Source: Tubiluchus corallicola
Lineage: Eukaryota; Animalia; Priapulida
Length of the DNA stretch: 64,000 bases
Reading direction: 5' to 3'
Assembly (NCBI GenBank): GCA_030141605.1
Contig: JAQGDQ010000030.1
Span: forward strand, 727,171-791,170
Notes under the pieces: model-generated
What the model saw: only the letters and a program-made list of their open reading frames with translations
Databases searched by the model: none
What the model was told of the DNA's origin: nothing
Made by a program: the position numbers and the translations under genes
Shown: in pieces, positions 1-13,247 of the stretch
Layout: each line of letters begins with the position of its first letter
Numbering within the stretch: the stretch's first letter is position 1

Positions 1-13
1 ACTGATAATTAAA

Positions 14-211
14 CGGCGTTTACCAGACATCCGGAATGCGTTATGCGTTATTGCGGAAAAATCACTTTGTGTTGTTTTCAATGAAGCTGTTTATTAGACG
101 TACTTTATTGCGTTATTTTTTCTGCAGCTATTCCTCATTGATTTTTTATACGCAACTGGATACACAATAACGTATAACGCACAACGCATGCCGGATGTCT
201 GGTAAACGCCG
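14..211. mobile_element. MITE, family A copy 1 (~200 bp, long terminal inverted repeats)
   Basis: Left end CGGCGTTTACCAGACATCCGGAATGCGTT pairs with right end AACGCATGCCGGATGTCTGGTAAACGCCG. Termini and internal sequence (TTTCTGCAGCTATT..ATTGATT..TTATACGCA) recur at 53689-53913. Confidence 0.75.
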
Positions 212-3200
212 CTTTACTCTGCACATAGCTATTTGTTGAAGGCGTGTTCAATAATTCATCTCTGAAAATGAAAACAGCTTGTATGAAAACGAGCTTTGTT
301 TTAGCATGTGTTGCAAAGGAAAAGCGAAATAAAAATAGAACTTCGGCAAAGAAATGAAACAGAAGTTTTTATCAAACACTTCAGCAATAAAAAGCAAAGT
401 CGCAAATGAATTTTTGAACAATATTTGGATAACACCGTTATCACTTCAATTTTTTGACGGCATGGACTTTTGCAGATTAGTCGTCCCAACACGAGCGAAA
501 GTTCCTGTACAAGTCTATAGAACTGACGTACGTACTCACGGAAATTTATGTACTTATGCGCTTACAAAGTATAATTTATGCAGTCGACTTTGTTAATAAT
601 TAGTTGTTTTTAGTGACAGCGCGCCGTTTTACGCACCCACAATAAATGGACTTCTAGCGGAGTTGTCAGCGAACATTATTACTATTGACTGTTCATTCTG
701 AGACGACTGACACGTTGAAAGTCAAACCTTGATATCGCCAAACTTGAAGACATTCAAATTTCACTGTCATTCTCGGCGTCCACATGGTCATTCAACATTA
801 ACAAACTAGAGAATGACAGTGTTTTAAATGACCACGTGGATAGCTTATGAATTTGACACATAACAGTTTGTAGACACATTGTAAGAGAACAAAATAAAAA
901 ACAAAATTTTTTTAAATCATGACTTTTTCAACCCCACCATTCAAATCAAGATAGGGCAGTTTCATCTGATGCCACATGTTGAAGGGCCAAAGATCAAAGT
1001 TCTGCAGCAGAAATTGATTTCCTCTTGTAGCTGACGAATTTTAATTTTTTGCGTGACCTTTTTAAGGAGTACAAGAAGCAACATTTTGGTAATTTGCTCT
1101 ATATGGCAGCCCCAATGTCAACCTGCTGCAAAATGAGTTACTGCGTACAGGACACACGAACAAAGCGCGTCGCGTAAACAGATTCACGATTACGTACGCT
1201 TATGACACATCTATAAATAACTAAATAGGTCTTTAGTTAGAGCGAGCAATTAATTTGTTTTTAAAAACGGTTCTACCAGTCTTTGTGCCCTAAAGACTTG
1301 TTTTCTCTGTTTTGCAAGATTTTCGATAACTTAAGCTTCATAAGCAGCACTTGATTCGCATCGCGTTTTATTAATCCCCACTAAGTAATCTGGATAAAAA
1401 CAACGAAACCGAGAGGGTTTAAGCCTGGAAGTGAACACCAGCTGTTGCATCGAGAAAAGAGTTTGAATTCAACTGGCGGACTTTGTCTAGTTTTTCGTTT
1501 TGCAAGAATATATAATCTTCTTATAATCGTATAATCTTCTTATAATTCAAGTAAGCCAAAGCCATAACAATAGTATCTCAAAAGACGTTCTCCGTTTCTA
1601 TGCGGGTAATATCGATTCCTACTCATTTCGCACAGAAGCCATTTTAATTCCGAGTTACGTAAGACAATTAAATCACTTACATAGTTTCTTTTTCATTCTT
1701 GTCAGCCATGTAATCGCGTTGTATGACCAGAATTAAATTCAAGTACTCCCACAATTCTTGCAAAGTCAAAATGATCAAAGATTCAGAACAGGAATAAGAT
1801 CTTAATCTCTCCTCACATGTAACTCTTACTGGTAATAATACAGTCGTGTATGTACTAATGGATTGATAAACTAGCATCCGCAGGATATGGGCACGCGGTG
1901 GTAACCCATATACGGCTTTATACAACAAAAACCATTAACAACTACACCCGCACAACGGGTTTTTAACAGCTATAATAAGGTAAATTACAGAAAAAAACCC
2001 TGAAGCTTTTCTGAAATTTGGACATTTAAGCATCTATCTTGATGGACAGAAAAAATGTTTTTGTAATCGGTTAGTTATTTCTGGTTCAGTGTATTATTAT
2101 GAGTCACTGAATTAATTTCGATAGCGTTCAAGAATAATTATGTAATTCATTACTGGATGTGCCGCACTTGAAACTGTGTGTGTGGTTGCAAGTATAAATA
2201 TAAAATTTATTGAGTTTCTGCAGTTAAGGCTCGTTCACGCATGCACGACCCACCTGCAAAGATGTGAATACTTTTCCACATTAATAAGTGCAGGCTGTAG
2301 GGCTGATAAGGAGCCTGATCTAACCTCCATTCGACTAATCTAAATCACCTTTCAGTTTTATTTTTGCGTTTTGATAGTACTAGATTAGTTCCTAAATTAA
2401 ACAGCAGGTTGGAATGGCAGTTTCCTTGCTGCTGAACTATAACAGGGGGGAATTGGTCCTTACACAATAGGCTTAAAATGTCCTGACATGGACGTAGCAG
2501 ATCCTGAAATCTCTAAAGCTTAAAGTTCTATGTCATAATTATGATATTTCATGCTACATAGTTACATTGTTTAGGCTGCTACATGCCATTTACAGAACAC
2601 TAGGCAATTTCTTCTATATTTAGTTTAAACGTAGCTCTATTGTAATATGACAGAGAGTACAATATGGTTTGAAGGGACAGTTTTACGACTGATAAATGTT
2701 TTTGCCAATGAAACGTAACACTTGAAAGAGTGCAGGCAATAAACGAGCAGTAGAAGCGTTACAGTATGATTACAAGCAGTATAGGTAAATATAATAGCAA
2801 ATGTTGCGAATAACAATAATATTACTATATAAACAATGTAAACTAATACAATGATTAGAAGCGCTTAGTATGAAATATAAATTTTCGTACAAGCTTAAGT
2901 ACTTGAATATTAACAATTATGTGTAGCTGTCATTTCACGAGTTCATTTGTTGACGGATTATGAATTCATATATTACAAGGAATTAACAAAGTACACAGTT
3001 TGTTTAGTAAGATATCCCGAGCCTGGTGATATGAAATTCTTTTATATTTCAATAATATAATTTGAATGTAATTTGACAAAAATGGACTGTAATGGTACAA
3101 TAATGGCTGACATGCCATTAAATTTCAGTTAGTAAGCAATGGTATATTAACAACGTTGGTGGCAAGTGAAGTAGGTATACTTGGTAACATAAAATTACCG

Positions 3201-3345
3201 CGACGAGTGGATACAGTTTTTACTATCAATGTATTTGACGAGATGCAGCAAATTCATACTTGTCATGCTTATCATAAAATTCAACATATTATGAGTCATG
3301 TACTTTAAATTAAATTTACCCCAGGATCGTTTAACAGATATGATA

Positions 3346-3540
3346 CGTATTTAAAAGCGCTACTAGAAAAAGGCGTTAAGTGATTTAGATTAGAACTATG
3401 GTTAAGAGTGAAGAAATAGGTTCGTGACTGAAGAGTTAATTAGCAGCATAGTTTTTATATATAGGGATGAATGGACTAAGCTTGATGGTTGATGGTCCCG
3501 TGGCATTGTTGACTGATCAAGGGAAAAATGCTCATATAAC
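3346..3540 (+). mobile_element. Dispersed repeat, probable 5'-truncated 3' end of a CR1/L2-type LINE, followed by a (GTT)n-rich tract
   Basis: GTATTTAAAAGC...AAGTGATTT...AGGGATGAATGGACTAAGCTTG...ATCAAGGGAA.AATGCTCATA is shared with 7566-7760, and both copies precede GTT/GCT microsatellite tracts. The LINE assignment is an inference. Confidence 0.5.
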
Positions 3541-3629
3541 TTTCTGCTGCTAACATGATACATAAAACACCGAAATTAAATCGCCTTTTAAATTCATGAA
3601 TACTGTGTGCGTACTTGATGGCAGATTGG

Positions 3630-3666
3630 CTGTTATTATTGCTGTTGTCGTTGCTGTTACGGTTGC

Positions 3667-3709
<43 letters not shown>

Positions 3710-3760
3710 GCTCTTTCTGCTGCTGTTGCTGTTGCTGGTTCTGTTCTTGGTGTTGTTGTG
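3630..3760. repeat. (GTT)n/(GCT)n microsatellite
   Basis: Near-pure GTT run at ~3667-3710 with degenerate flanks; it explains the poly-V/L/T ORFs. Confidence 0.95.
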
Positions 3761-6700
3761 GTCAGTCGCGTTATCAAGTTTTCACCTCTGTTCTGATACT
3801 AACACGTGTGTATTGTATTCATTGTATTTAGAAACTAAACCTTGCATTCTGCTAGATATCGGATAAAGTGGCCATCCCCTTATCGCTGCGCTATGAGATC
3901 ACGAAAATCTACATTATTTTATTAGTACTAATATTCATTAAAAGGGCTCACATTTTCGTACTACTGTTCGTTGGGCAAGTGTGAAGCAGCCTTTACTGCC
4001 CTTTGTATCCTTTAAGTGCCGTATACGTCTATTATTTAAATTTAATTATACCACATTTTTAAATCATTATAATTACACCATTTAAGTAAATTATATGAAC
4101 GCAGTTAAAATTGCCCTCTGATTTATGAAATGACTGAACCAAAACGATGTGAATGATTTAATTCAATAATGCTTTTCATTTATTCGTTCTGGCTGTTCTG
4201 TTGGATTGTGTTCATCTGTACTCCATTCATTCTCCTGTTTGCTCATTGATTCACTTATTTAGTTATTTGGTCTGTCAGTCAACGAGTTAGTAAATCAGTC
4301 ATACTGTCAGCCAGTGAGTCAGTCAGTCAACCGGTCTGTTCGATCAGTAGGCCGATTGGCTTGACTGTCAGTCGATTAAGTACAGTGCCGTCGTGCATTA
4401 TTAACTTCGTTTAGCCACGACTAGTGTCAACGCTGTAAATGCGTTTGCAGCTGTTGCACAAATTGCCATGAATTTTCACTTAGGGAACGACGAAGCCCTT
4501 TCAAAAATGTATGCCTTGCGAAACATCTGTCAAAACTTATTCTACACAGAAAAGTTTCTGTGTTTTATTCTTACACAGGAAAGAAGCCGTAAACAAAAAT
4601 AACGACGAGATTAATGACCATGGTATGTTAACTTCAATCATAGCTGTTTTTACAGGAAACTTGCACCGGGAAAGAAAGTTTAGTTTTGGATTTTATTGAA
4701 AATGAAGCTGTATGGCGACTGAAAGGTTTGGCCAGGGAAAGTCAAGTACATTTGAAAGAGAAAGCCACGTTGCTGCTGAAGTTGTTTTATTTTCGTACAT
4801 TTCATTTGCCATTAATTTAAAGTACTACAATAATAATTTAATATGTGCTGCCACCTAGCTTAAAATTTTTTATTATTGAACTGAGTCAAGTTTAATCCAG
4901 CTTGTGGCTTCGGTCTGTGCTGTTCATCAGTCACCTGTACTTGCCGGGCTTCCCATATATGGTACTGTTGATTGCTAGTACTAGCGAATCAGGTAAGCTC
5001 AGTGGGTACATGTGACTTGGGTAGCTCTGCCAAGGCCAGCTGGGCTTTTTCCTTCTTGAGTACTGCTGTTGAATGATCACCATGTGTCTTTTTTCTTGTA
5101 GATGATAGTGTAATATGCAAATAGAAGTAAAGTCTTTCACAGTTCAACACAATTTCATAGTTTTGTTTCAACCGCCAGAGTGAACCAGCCTACAATAGTC
5201 TACACTAACTATAGTCTAATATACTTCAATCTCTCTTCAAATTCAATACTTATATGCTGTTAGCTAAAAGTTTCTACAAGTGTTTCCTTTTACGCAGTCT
5301 GCTATAAGGTTTTCCACATAAACTAGCTAATTAGTTATCATTACTTTTCATATTCGTTAATCAAGACCGTTGTAAATTTGTTTTCATTTGCTCATTTTGT
5401 TTACTTGTATGAATGCATTGAATGAAGTGTGCAATAATTCACAAAAAATTGAATTCGTACGTTATTATACTGCCAATTGTTTTTATTATGCTGTCCATCA
5501 TTATTCACTGCATACTATTCTCAATTCATGTGGTTGTTCGGCAGATTTCTTATTTATTTATTTCGTTTTATTTCGCATTCATTAAAATATACATGAATGT
5601 TTGGAGAGACTTAATTAGACAAGCTGCTTACATACGCCTATCGTATACAAGCCATTTATCAAAATTCAAAGCTTTAATCTAGTTTTGAATTGTCTGCAGT
5701 GACCTAAGGTTCATAATTTGGACCTTCAACAACACGGTTGGAGAAGAAAAACGTCAAACCTTTTTTATTCGTTCTACGAACGTACAGCTTGAGACTATAG
5801 TCACTTTTTGTCCTATCAGTGAGTGCTCTTGTAAAAAAATTTTCGTGATCTAAATCATCATCCCAATGAATTGTTTTGTAACACATGTCCGGATCATTTA
5901 GTAATCGTCTCTGCTCTGACGATGTTAAACGAAGGGTTTACATTGGTCATTTTGTGTGGTTGTGCAGTATATTGTTGCGGGCTACAGTGTCAATTCATGT
6001 GCCGTAGATTACTATGTGACTACCGTTGATGCGTGTGGTAGGGTGGTAGTCTGGTAGATTGCCCTGTGCGTGACTGTCGATTTGTGTGGTTGTGTGGTGG
6101 GTCTGGTAGCAGTAACATTAGTATCTTTTATTAGCCACTCTTTTCTGCGAGTTTCAGTGGATTTAATGTAGTGGAAGACAACAGTGTCAGGTAAAAGGTT
6201 CAGAATATTCAGTTAAATTTTAGGCTGTGTACGAATTTTATAGAAAGTTTTAGAATATAAGTGAGTCTTCTTTTGAAGTTCCAAATAATACATCACTGTT
6301 TAACAAATTTATGAAACTAATAGTATCAAAATATTAATTGTAATAGATTCATGTCTAGGTACGAGAAAAAATACCTATAGAACGAATCGTCAGTTACTAT
6401 TGTTCAAAAGCAAACAAACGCAGTTAACTACTGGCTTTGAGTGCCAATGCCAAGGTTTCTGGTTTACATCCTGTTGGGATTGACAGTTGAAGTTTCAAAT
6501 CCTTGTTTGCACCATAGTCAAGTTTTTTCATTTGACATATTTGCTGCAAGATGGCGCCCACGTGCGCTGGACCAGGCCCTGCCAGACATGTCATCCTTTT
6601 CTTTCAGCTTTTATTCATGATACTCGTCTTACGTGCTCTCTGTTACTCAACAGATTCTGTGCCTCGCCACCATTTCAAAGACAAGATTACCGTAATGATG

Positions 6701-6953
6701 CAGCCGAAAATAGCGGAATTCACATTTGCTAATTATAGCTCTAGCTTGGGAGGGGGCTTCTTCATATAAAGTTTCAGACAGGGCAGATCATTCTATTAGA
6801 GGGGTGTGCTGTTAATGCAGAAATTCAACGCTCTTATTAATCTTATTCATTGTCATAGTCTGCTTCAGATTTGCTAAGTGTATAATTATACGCTTTATTT
6901 GCTAGCCGATACTTTTCAAGTTCTTTCTTGTGTGGACATTTTTAATATTACAG

Positions 6954-7109
6954 ATACAGACTTGGCTTCACTAAACCCCCTTAAGACGTTCTCTTCTGAA
7001 AGTGAGGACGCTGATAGCGCCGCCAAGCGTAGCGCACATGTAGGTGACGCCGGTGAAAGCTCTCTTCTGTCCTGAAGATCTCACTTCTCAGCTTGTCGTG
7101 TTTACGTTG
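6954..7109 (+). other. Candidate non-coding 5'UTR exon of the Ig-domain gene
   Basis: GC-richer block bounded by TTTTTAATATTACAG| and TTG|GTAGGT. It lies upstream of the acceptor at 10830 that precedes the ATG. Confidence 0.3.
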
Positions 7110-7565
7110 GTAGGTTTGTTTATTATAATATTTTTTGTAGAATTCGGTGTCAAATATTATTTGTTGTTTTCAGAAAAAATTGGTTGTGTAATTGGAACAC
7201 ATCGTATAAGTGCTTAGGCTTATATATTCGAATGTACGGTGTTCTTTAATTATGTAGTTTTTACTCAACAGTTACTGCAGTGGTATATACAGTATTTCGT
7301 GAGTACCAAACTTCTAATTAATGAATATTGGTGTTCTGAATTGTTGGAGCTTATTCTGCCCACGTGACCTGGGCTAATTTATCTTAAAAACGTTGACATA
7401 GACGTACGGTTTTTTATTTTATACCTTACTATCATTTATTTGTTGCTGATTTAAGCCTATTAAAACTTGTGAAATTGTTTAATTATCTGTGCGAGCAGAT
7501 GTAGTTGTCTTTGTTTCTGTTTCTGAGAATCTTTTAGCACGCACTGTCAATTAATCTAGATTATG

Positions 7566-7925
7566 TGTATTTAAAAGCACTGCTAAAAATGGCGATAAGT
7601 GATTTGGAACTTGGCCTGCGATTAGGAGTGGAGTAAATTGGTGATTAAACACTAGCAGTATAGTTTTTCGAATCAGGGATGAATGGACTAAGCTTGGTGT
7701 TTAATGTGTGGGGCAGTGTCCCCTGGCTTTGTTGTCCATCAAGGGAATAATGCTCATAAAACATTGTTGTTGATGTGTTGCTGTTGTTATTGCTGCTGCT
7801 GCTGTTTTGAGGGGATTTTTGTCGTTATGGTAGTGACGCCGTCGATACGTGTCAGTCAGCAGAATTTTTGTTGTTGTTGTTGTCCTTGTTATCGTCGTTA
7901 CTGAAGTTGCTGCTATTGTCATTGT
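7566..7925 (+). mobile_element. Second copy of the LINE-like 3' end with a degenerate (GTT/GCT)n tail
   Basis: Aligns by eye with 3346-3540 and is followed by GTT/GCT tracts. Confidence 0.5.
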
Positions 7926-10850
7926 ATTTGTCGTTGACAAGTCGCTTTGTCGATGGCGACGACGGCGACGACATCAGCAATAACTACAACAACTTGTTGG
8001 TCGTTTTGTCCGTATTTCTTTTGAATACTAATCGTCTTATTCTTTTCATCTGCTTGACAGTGTGATTGTTCCTTTGCAGTTATTTTATGCTTGTTTTTCT
8101 AAAATATGTTTGCCTTTGTTTCTTTTTATTTTCTTCCTTTTCTTTGTTACCACGCGTTAATAAGCCTTTAGACAGTTTCGTTGTGCGCACGTGCCACAGT
8201 GATTTACTAGGAGGATCTTGCTTGGGAATAAGAAAAAAAAAGATTTAGGTAAGGCTCTACTTAGCTGTTAAAACTGCCACTATTACAATAGCTGCGAGGC
8301 GTTGTCAAATGTACAGAAATGCGTTGTCTGGTTCACTTAACCTTTGACATTTTCACGATCGTCATCAATCGCTGGAACTGTGAAAAGGCTTATTAGGGAA
8401 TTTTTCAGCTGAATCCTGCAGTATAAGTTGTCCATATCACGCAACCTCACAGAAGCTGCATGCAGACACTGTTTTATTTGTATATTATTCTGAGAGGAAT
8501 TGGCCCCCATGGCTATGAAGATTATGCTTATTTGCCAGCGGACTGAGCTTATTTTACAAGCGTAAAAATAGTTGTGAGGATTTATGGGTCCATGCCATAT
8601 GGATCAACTGTCAGAGCTAGAAAGCCTGTCTAGTTTATTGGGTCTTGTCAGGCTGTATGAGTTTACTGGAAAGATCCGTTTCTGAAGAAAGCATGTAGGA
8701 TTTCGTGGTGACTGTGATGTTAATTGGAACGATGACTGTGGTGGCGTATGGTGGTGATGGTAATGATGATAAACATTAAGACTGCAAAAATAACAGGGAC
8801 ACTGATGGCGATGATGCCTCAATGATAGTGGCGATGGGCGTAGGTTATACACTTGTTGATTTAGGTATTGTTGTTGTAGTTTTTTCCAGTTTGCCTGCAA
8901 GCTGGTATCTGTACACAGTGGCAGAACCCTCTCAATGTAGGTTGTTACGTGGGGGGGGGGGACTGAAATCCACCCCAACTACCAATGTGTCTTAGCCACA
9001 ACGATAAACATAATAGGGGGGCCATACTTCTGTGTCTAAAGCTCGACACCGAACTGCAGTTGTGCAAACTGTATAAAAATGTACACATGCTTTCTCAACA
9101 TTTTAAATACGCTTTGCATTGCAGAAATATAACCTCGGTGATTATGCAATTGTTGAACTTTCTTTTTTAGAGGTTGTAATACAGCAAGCTCCTTCGTTTG
9201 ATCTATTATAAATCTAATATAAATGAATTAATCTATCATAAATTTCGGCAAATTTGATTTCTACCGATTCTGCACGTGCACTATTTCACCAAGGCTGCAG
9301 AGTTGTGTCAGAAAGCAGCTAAACTTTAGATCCATGGCTTTCATGGCTTCACTTGTACGTGGGTTGACGAAGACGATGGACCAAGGCATGTAACCGTATC
9401 CTCTCTGGGTACAGCTGTCATAATTTGGCAGCGGTCGTATGGCAAGCATGCAGTTTGATATGAAGGGACTATGGTCAAATCAAGCTAGGCAGCCTAAGAA
9501 AAGCAGGCTACTGTATTCGATTTCTTCGAGATTGTAAGCTTACACCATACTATAAGTGAGGTATAGGACGAGAAACCGAAGTTTGGTAACACACGAGCCT
9601 GCCCGCTGAGGAACAACAAGAAGAATAACAAGAGCAACAACAACAACTACTACAACGGCGACTGCGACGAAGACGACGACGACTAGAAAAACAAAGGCAG
9701 GCTATCACGAAAAAGAGACGTTGCTTTATCCCTTACGCTGAAACATAGTTACGCTCAAGTGTACAGAACAAATAACAATTCATTCATGCAGGTGATGACG
9801 GTGAACAACAATGTAACGCAAAGAAAGAAAACTTATTAACTCTTTATAGAATTGTATTTGTAATTTATATGGAAAATAAATGATTGCTAATATGAAATGC
9901 TGATTACGAAAAAAATCAATAATTTCGTATAATTCGATATCTTGATTACTTGCTCATTATAAAGACAAGTATATCATTGTCGTTTAGTATGCAGAAAACG
10001 CAGGCAACATATTTCCAATAGTATCAAAAAGTGTTAAACTACCGTCCTAGTAACATGGACATTTCATAATTACGTGTACTGAATGGTCTAAACACACTTG
10101 CATATTCGCTATATACATGTACATATGCAGATTTATTGTATATATAATGAGATACACAAACGCGGAGGCTGCGAAACTGTTTACAATAGTCTAGAATTAC
10201 CAGGAATGGGGATTGCAATAGTCTTTAAAACAACAAGGAAAAGAACGCCAAGGTTCATATTGAGCCAAGAAATAATTTTTTGGAAAGGTACTGTTGTAGT
10301 CGGAAAATTATAGCAGATCAACTGACAGAACCCATCTTGCTTGTGAAATTGAAATAGAGTGTTACAAGAAACAAGCTGGAATTTTAGTGAGGATTGCATT
10401 GTCCTCGATACCTTTGCACCTCATGAGATACTTGCACGATAATCCATTATGGATTCTTCAAAGTAAAAGTGATCAGTATTATGATGATAACAACGTGCAT
10501 ATAAACGGATTATCCATGATGTAGCAGTCTGTTGAAGGCGAGGCAAAGCGGAAATTGTTGAAGGTTGTGAGGGTTATTGATAATGTAGACAAGATGAGGC
10601 TGGACTGATGGTTGTTGGCTTTCAACAACTTTTTCTTTATATTGTTGTAGATATTCTAACTAGCTCAACAGCAAGAATTCTGTTAAGCTAACTTATCTAT
10701 GTGCAAAGGCATTTGGGAGTCTTGCAAAAAGGGCAAAAGGATAAGAGGGGGGAAAAGAAGCTATTGCCACGAAGCAAATAAAAACTATTAAGGCTGTGAT
10801 GAAAACTGGTCTCTTTCTTTTAACTAGCAGGCCTAACCCACACTGCCAAA

Positions 10851-13215
10851 ATGAAGCCCAGTTTTCCAAAGGATCCTGTGATGAAAAATGAAGGTGGTAA
10901 AATCATCATGGAGGCGACGGTGAAGGCTGACCCCAAGGGAACCGTAACCTGGCTTCACGAGAGTCAAGAAGTCAAGGCTGGACCAAGGTTCGTCATGGGC
11001 GCAACGGACGAGAAGGACGGAACGACTATTTACACCTTGACAGTTAGTGTAAGTACGCGAAAATATGTAGGGTGCGTCGAGCTGTGAGCTATAGAGTTAC
11101 TTTTTTAAGAGTTATGCTTTGCTTTTCGTTTTGCGAAAAAATATTCGGAAAAACTAAAAAGTCTGTTGGCTTCTTCTCTAATTGTCCCACTTCTTAGCAG
11201 TCTTTAAAATTAGTTTTTATGTAGATCTTGATTAATTACAAGCCTGACAGCAGTCTTCCACTTTCAACAGTCTTGAACATTTGTTTTTGTCTAGAAATAA
11301 CACAATCATTATTTATCTATGGGCTAATTTAGAAGACTACCATTGTATCACTCAGCATTTCAATTAGATGTTTGTTCTCGAGGAAATTTAAATATTAAAC
11401 TATTTTATATAGCAGTATTTTATAATGATATGTTCTAAAGAGAGAGGAAATGAAACGAAGAAATAGCTATAAAGTTGTTATGCAGTTTTGCAATAGCACT
11501 TTTTCTAATATTAATGTCCATAAAATACATGTATACAAAAACTAAGCATAATTAGCGTGCATTCTGTATTAAGCGTGTTGTGCTTCAGCAGCAATTTTCG
11601 CACGAATTGCTACAATAACCAGAAAAGTTCAAATCTAAAAAATCCTTTAACGATGCTCACAAGAAGCATTTTCTCTTGTCTTTGCTCAGCAAAATGTAAA
11701 AATAAAGTAAATATTTGAAGCATGTAAATCTAAACGTGTTACCACTTAACGATAACCAGGCGCCAAAAGTTAACGAAAACCCAGGGCCGATTTTTCCTTG
11801 GGGGATGTAACTGGGATTAAACAATGTCATGCATGGATGAGGGAACTGCCTGCACAGAATTTACCGTCACATGACCAAGATTTTAGCTTTAATTAGCTGT
11901 TGTGTTCACGAATGTCAACGTATATGAATAGGATTTTCAAATTACACGTGATGAATATGCCCTACCCCCTTTTCAATCGGTTTAGTTATAAGTTGAACTT
12001 ATGACAAATGACTTCTACATGACTGCCTAGTTTTACAGCGTGATGGCGTGGCCTAAATGTGGTGATACTGGGATTGGGAAAGTTCCTGAGATGAGAGGAG
12101 AGCCGATTACTAGGTTCCTTTTTCCTTGATCTCGTGTTTACTGTACTTTACTGTACTAATCAAGTACGAATGTCTTGAAAGCGCTAGTCCTATCCACGGT
12201 GAAGAAGTTGAGTACATATATATATATATATATATCTACATATATATACATATACATAAACAAATTTCTTTATTTGCTTAATATTTGGAAAGGGGTGACA
12301 GAAAATAAAGAAAAAGAAGGAAAAATAAAGAAAGAAATGTTGTATTACTGATTTTTTTGCAGTCACCAAAGAAGGAAGATGCGGGATCATACACGTTGAA
12401 AGTAAAAAATTCATTCGGTGAAAACCACGCTAAATTTTCCCTAAATGTTGGACGTAAGTAATTTACAAATTCGTTTTTCGTCAATATACTGATTTCGTTT
12501 TTTATTTGTACAGGATGTTCCAGAAGAAACAGTGCAGTAAAAATTATGCTGATATGCATTTATTGGAATGTACAAAAACCAAATTATATGTTAGGAAAAC
12601 ATTGCCATGCAAATATAATATAATATAAGTACCAAGTTAATTAACTTGAGTGTGGTTTTCATATCAGCATTGCTAGTGTTTGTGTCTTTAAATTAACAGG
12701 ACCCACTTGCAACAGTTGTTGTAGTATAAGTTTTACAATATAACTTATTGCTCAATCGCTTTTCGTTGTGATTTGATCAGTATGATTTTAGCACATCTAT
12801 TTCTATTGCACTGTTTTTTCTGGAATACACTGTATTGTATGAGTTCATCAAGTGCCTTTTCGTTGGTTTTGCTTTTGCTGCCTGTAACACCAAATCCTTT
12901 GCTCGTTTGTTTTATCATTCATTTGTTTTTATGTGCAATATTTCATTGCTCAGTCATTCATTAATTTATTCATTATAAATTTTTTTGGCTTGCAGTAAAT
13001 AAATCACTGAATTAATTCTTCCCAGCATTTTGTTTCTTTCCTCAGTCAGTCCTCTTTTTTCCATCGCTTTTGTCCATTTTTCTATTTCCTTTTTTATTTT
13101 TTATTTTTCTTGTTTTGGTCCCTTCTTTCATTATTTATTCCTTTTTTCAGTTATAAGTTCTTTGATTGGCAGTCACTCACCCAGTTGTATCAATATTAAC
13201 ACACACGCACGCACG

Positions 13216-13247
<32 letters not shown>

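Noticed and set aside
3550-3866. Poly-Thr, poly-Val and poly-Leu ORFs
   Set aside because: They are translations of the (GTT)n microsatellite.
4905-4932. Hammerhead-like core on the minus strand (CTGATGA..CAGACCGAAGC)
   Set aside because: GAAA is replaced by GAAG and stem II does not pair; at most a decayed Penelope-like relic.
1211-4962. MEF2-like CTATAAATAA (1211) and CArG CCATATATGG (4953) upstream of the putative muscle gene
   Set aside because: Such short AT-rich motifs are expected by chance in 64 kb of AT-rich DNA, and the TSS is unknown.
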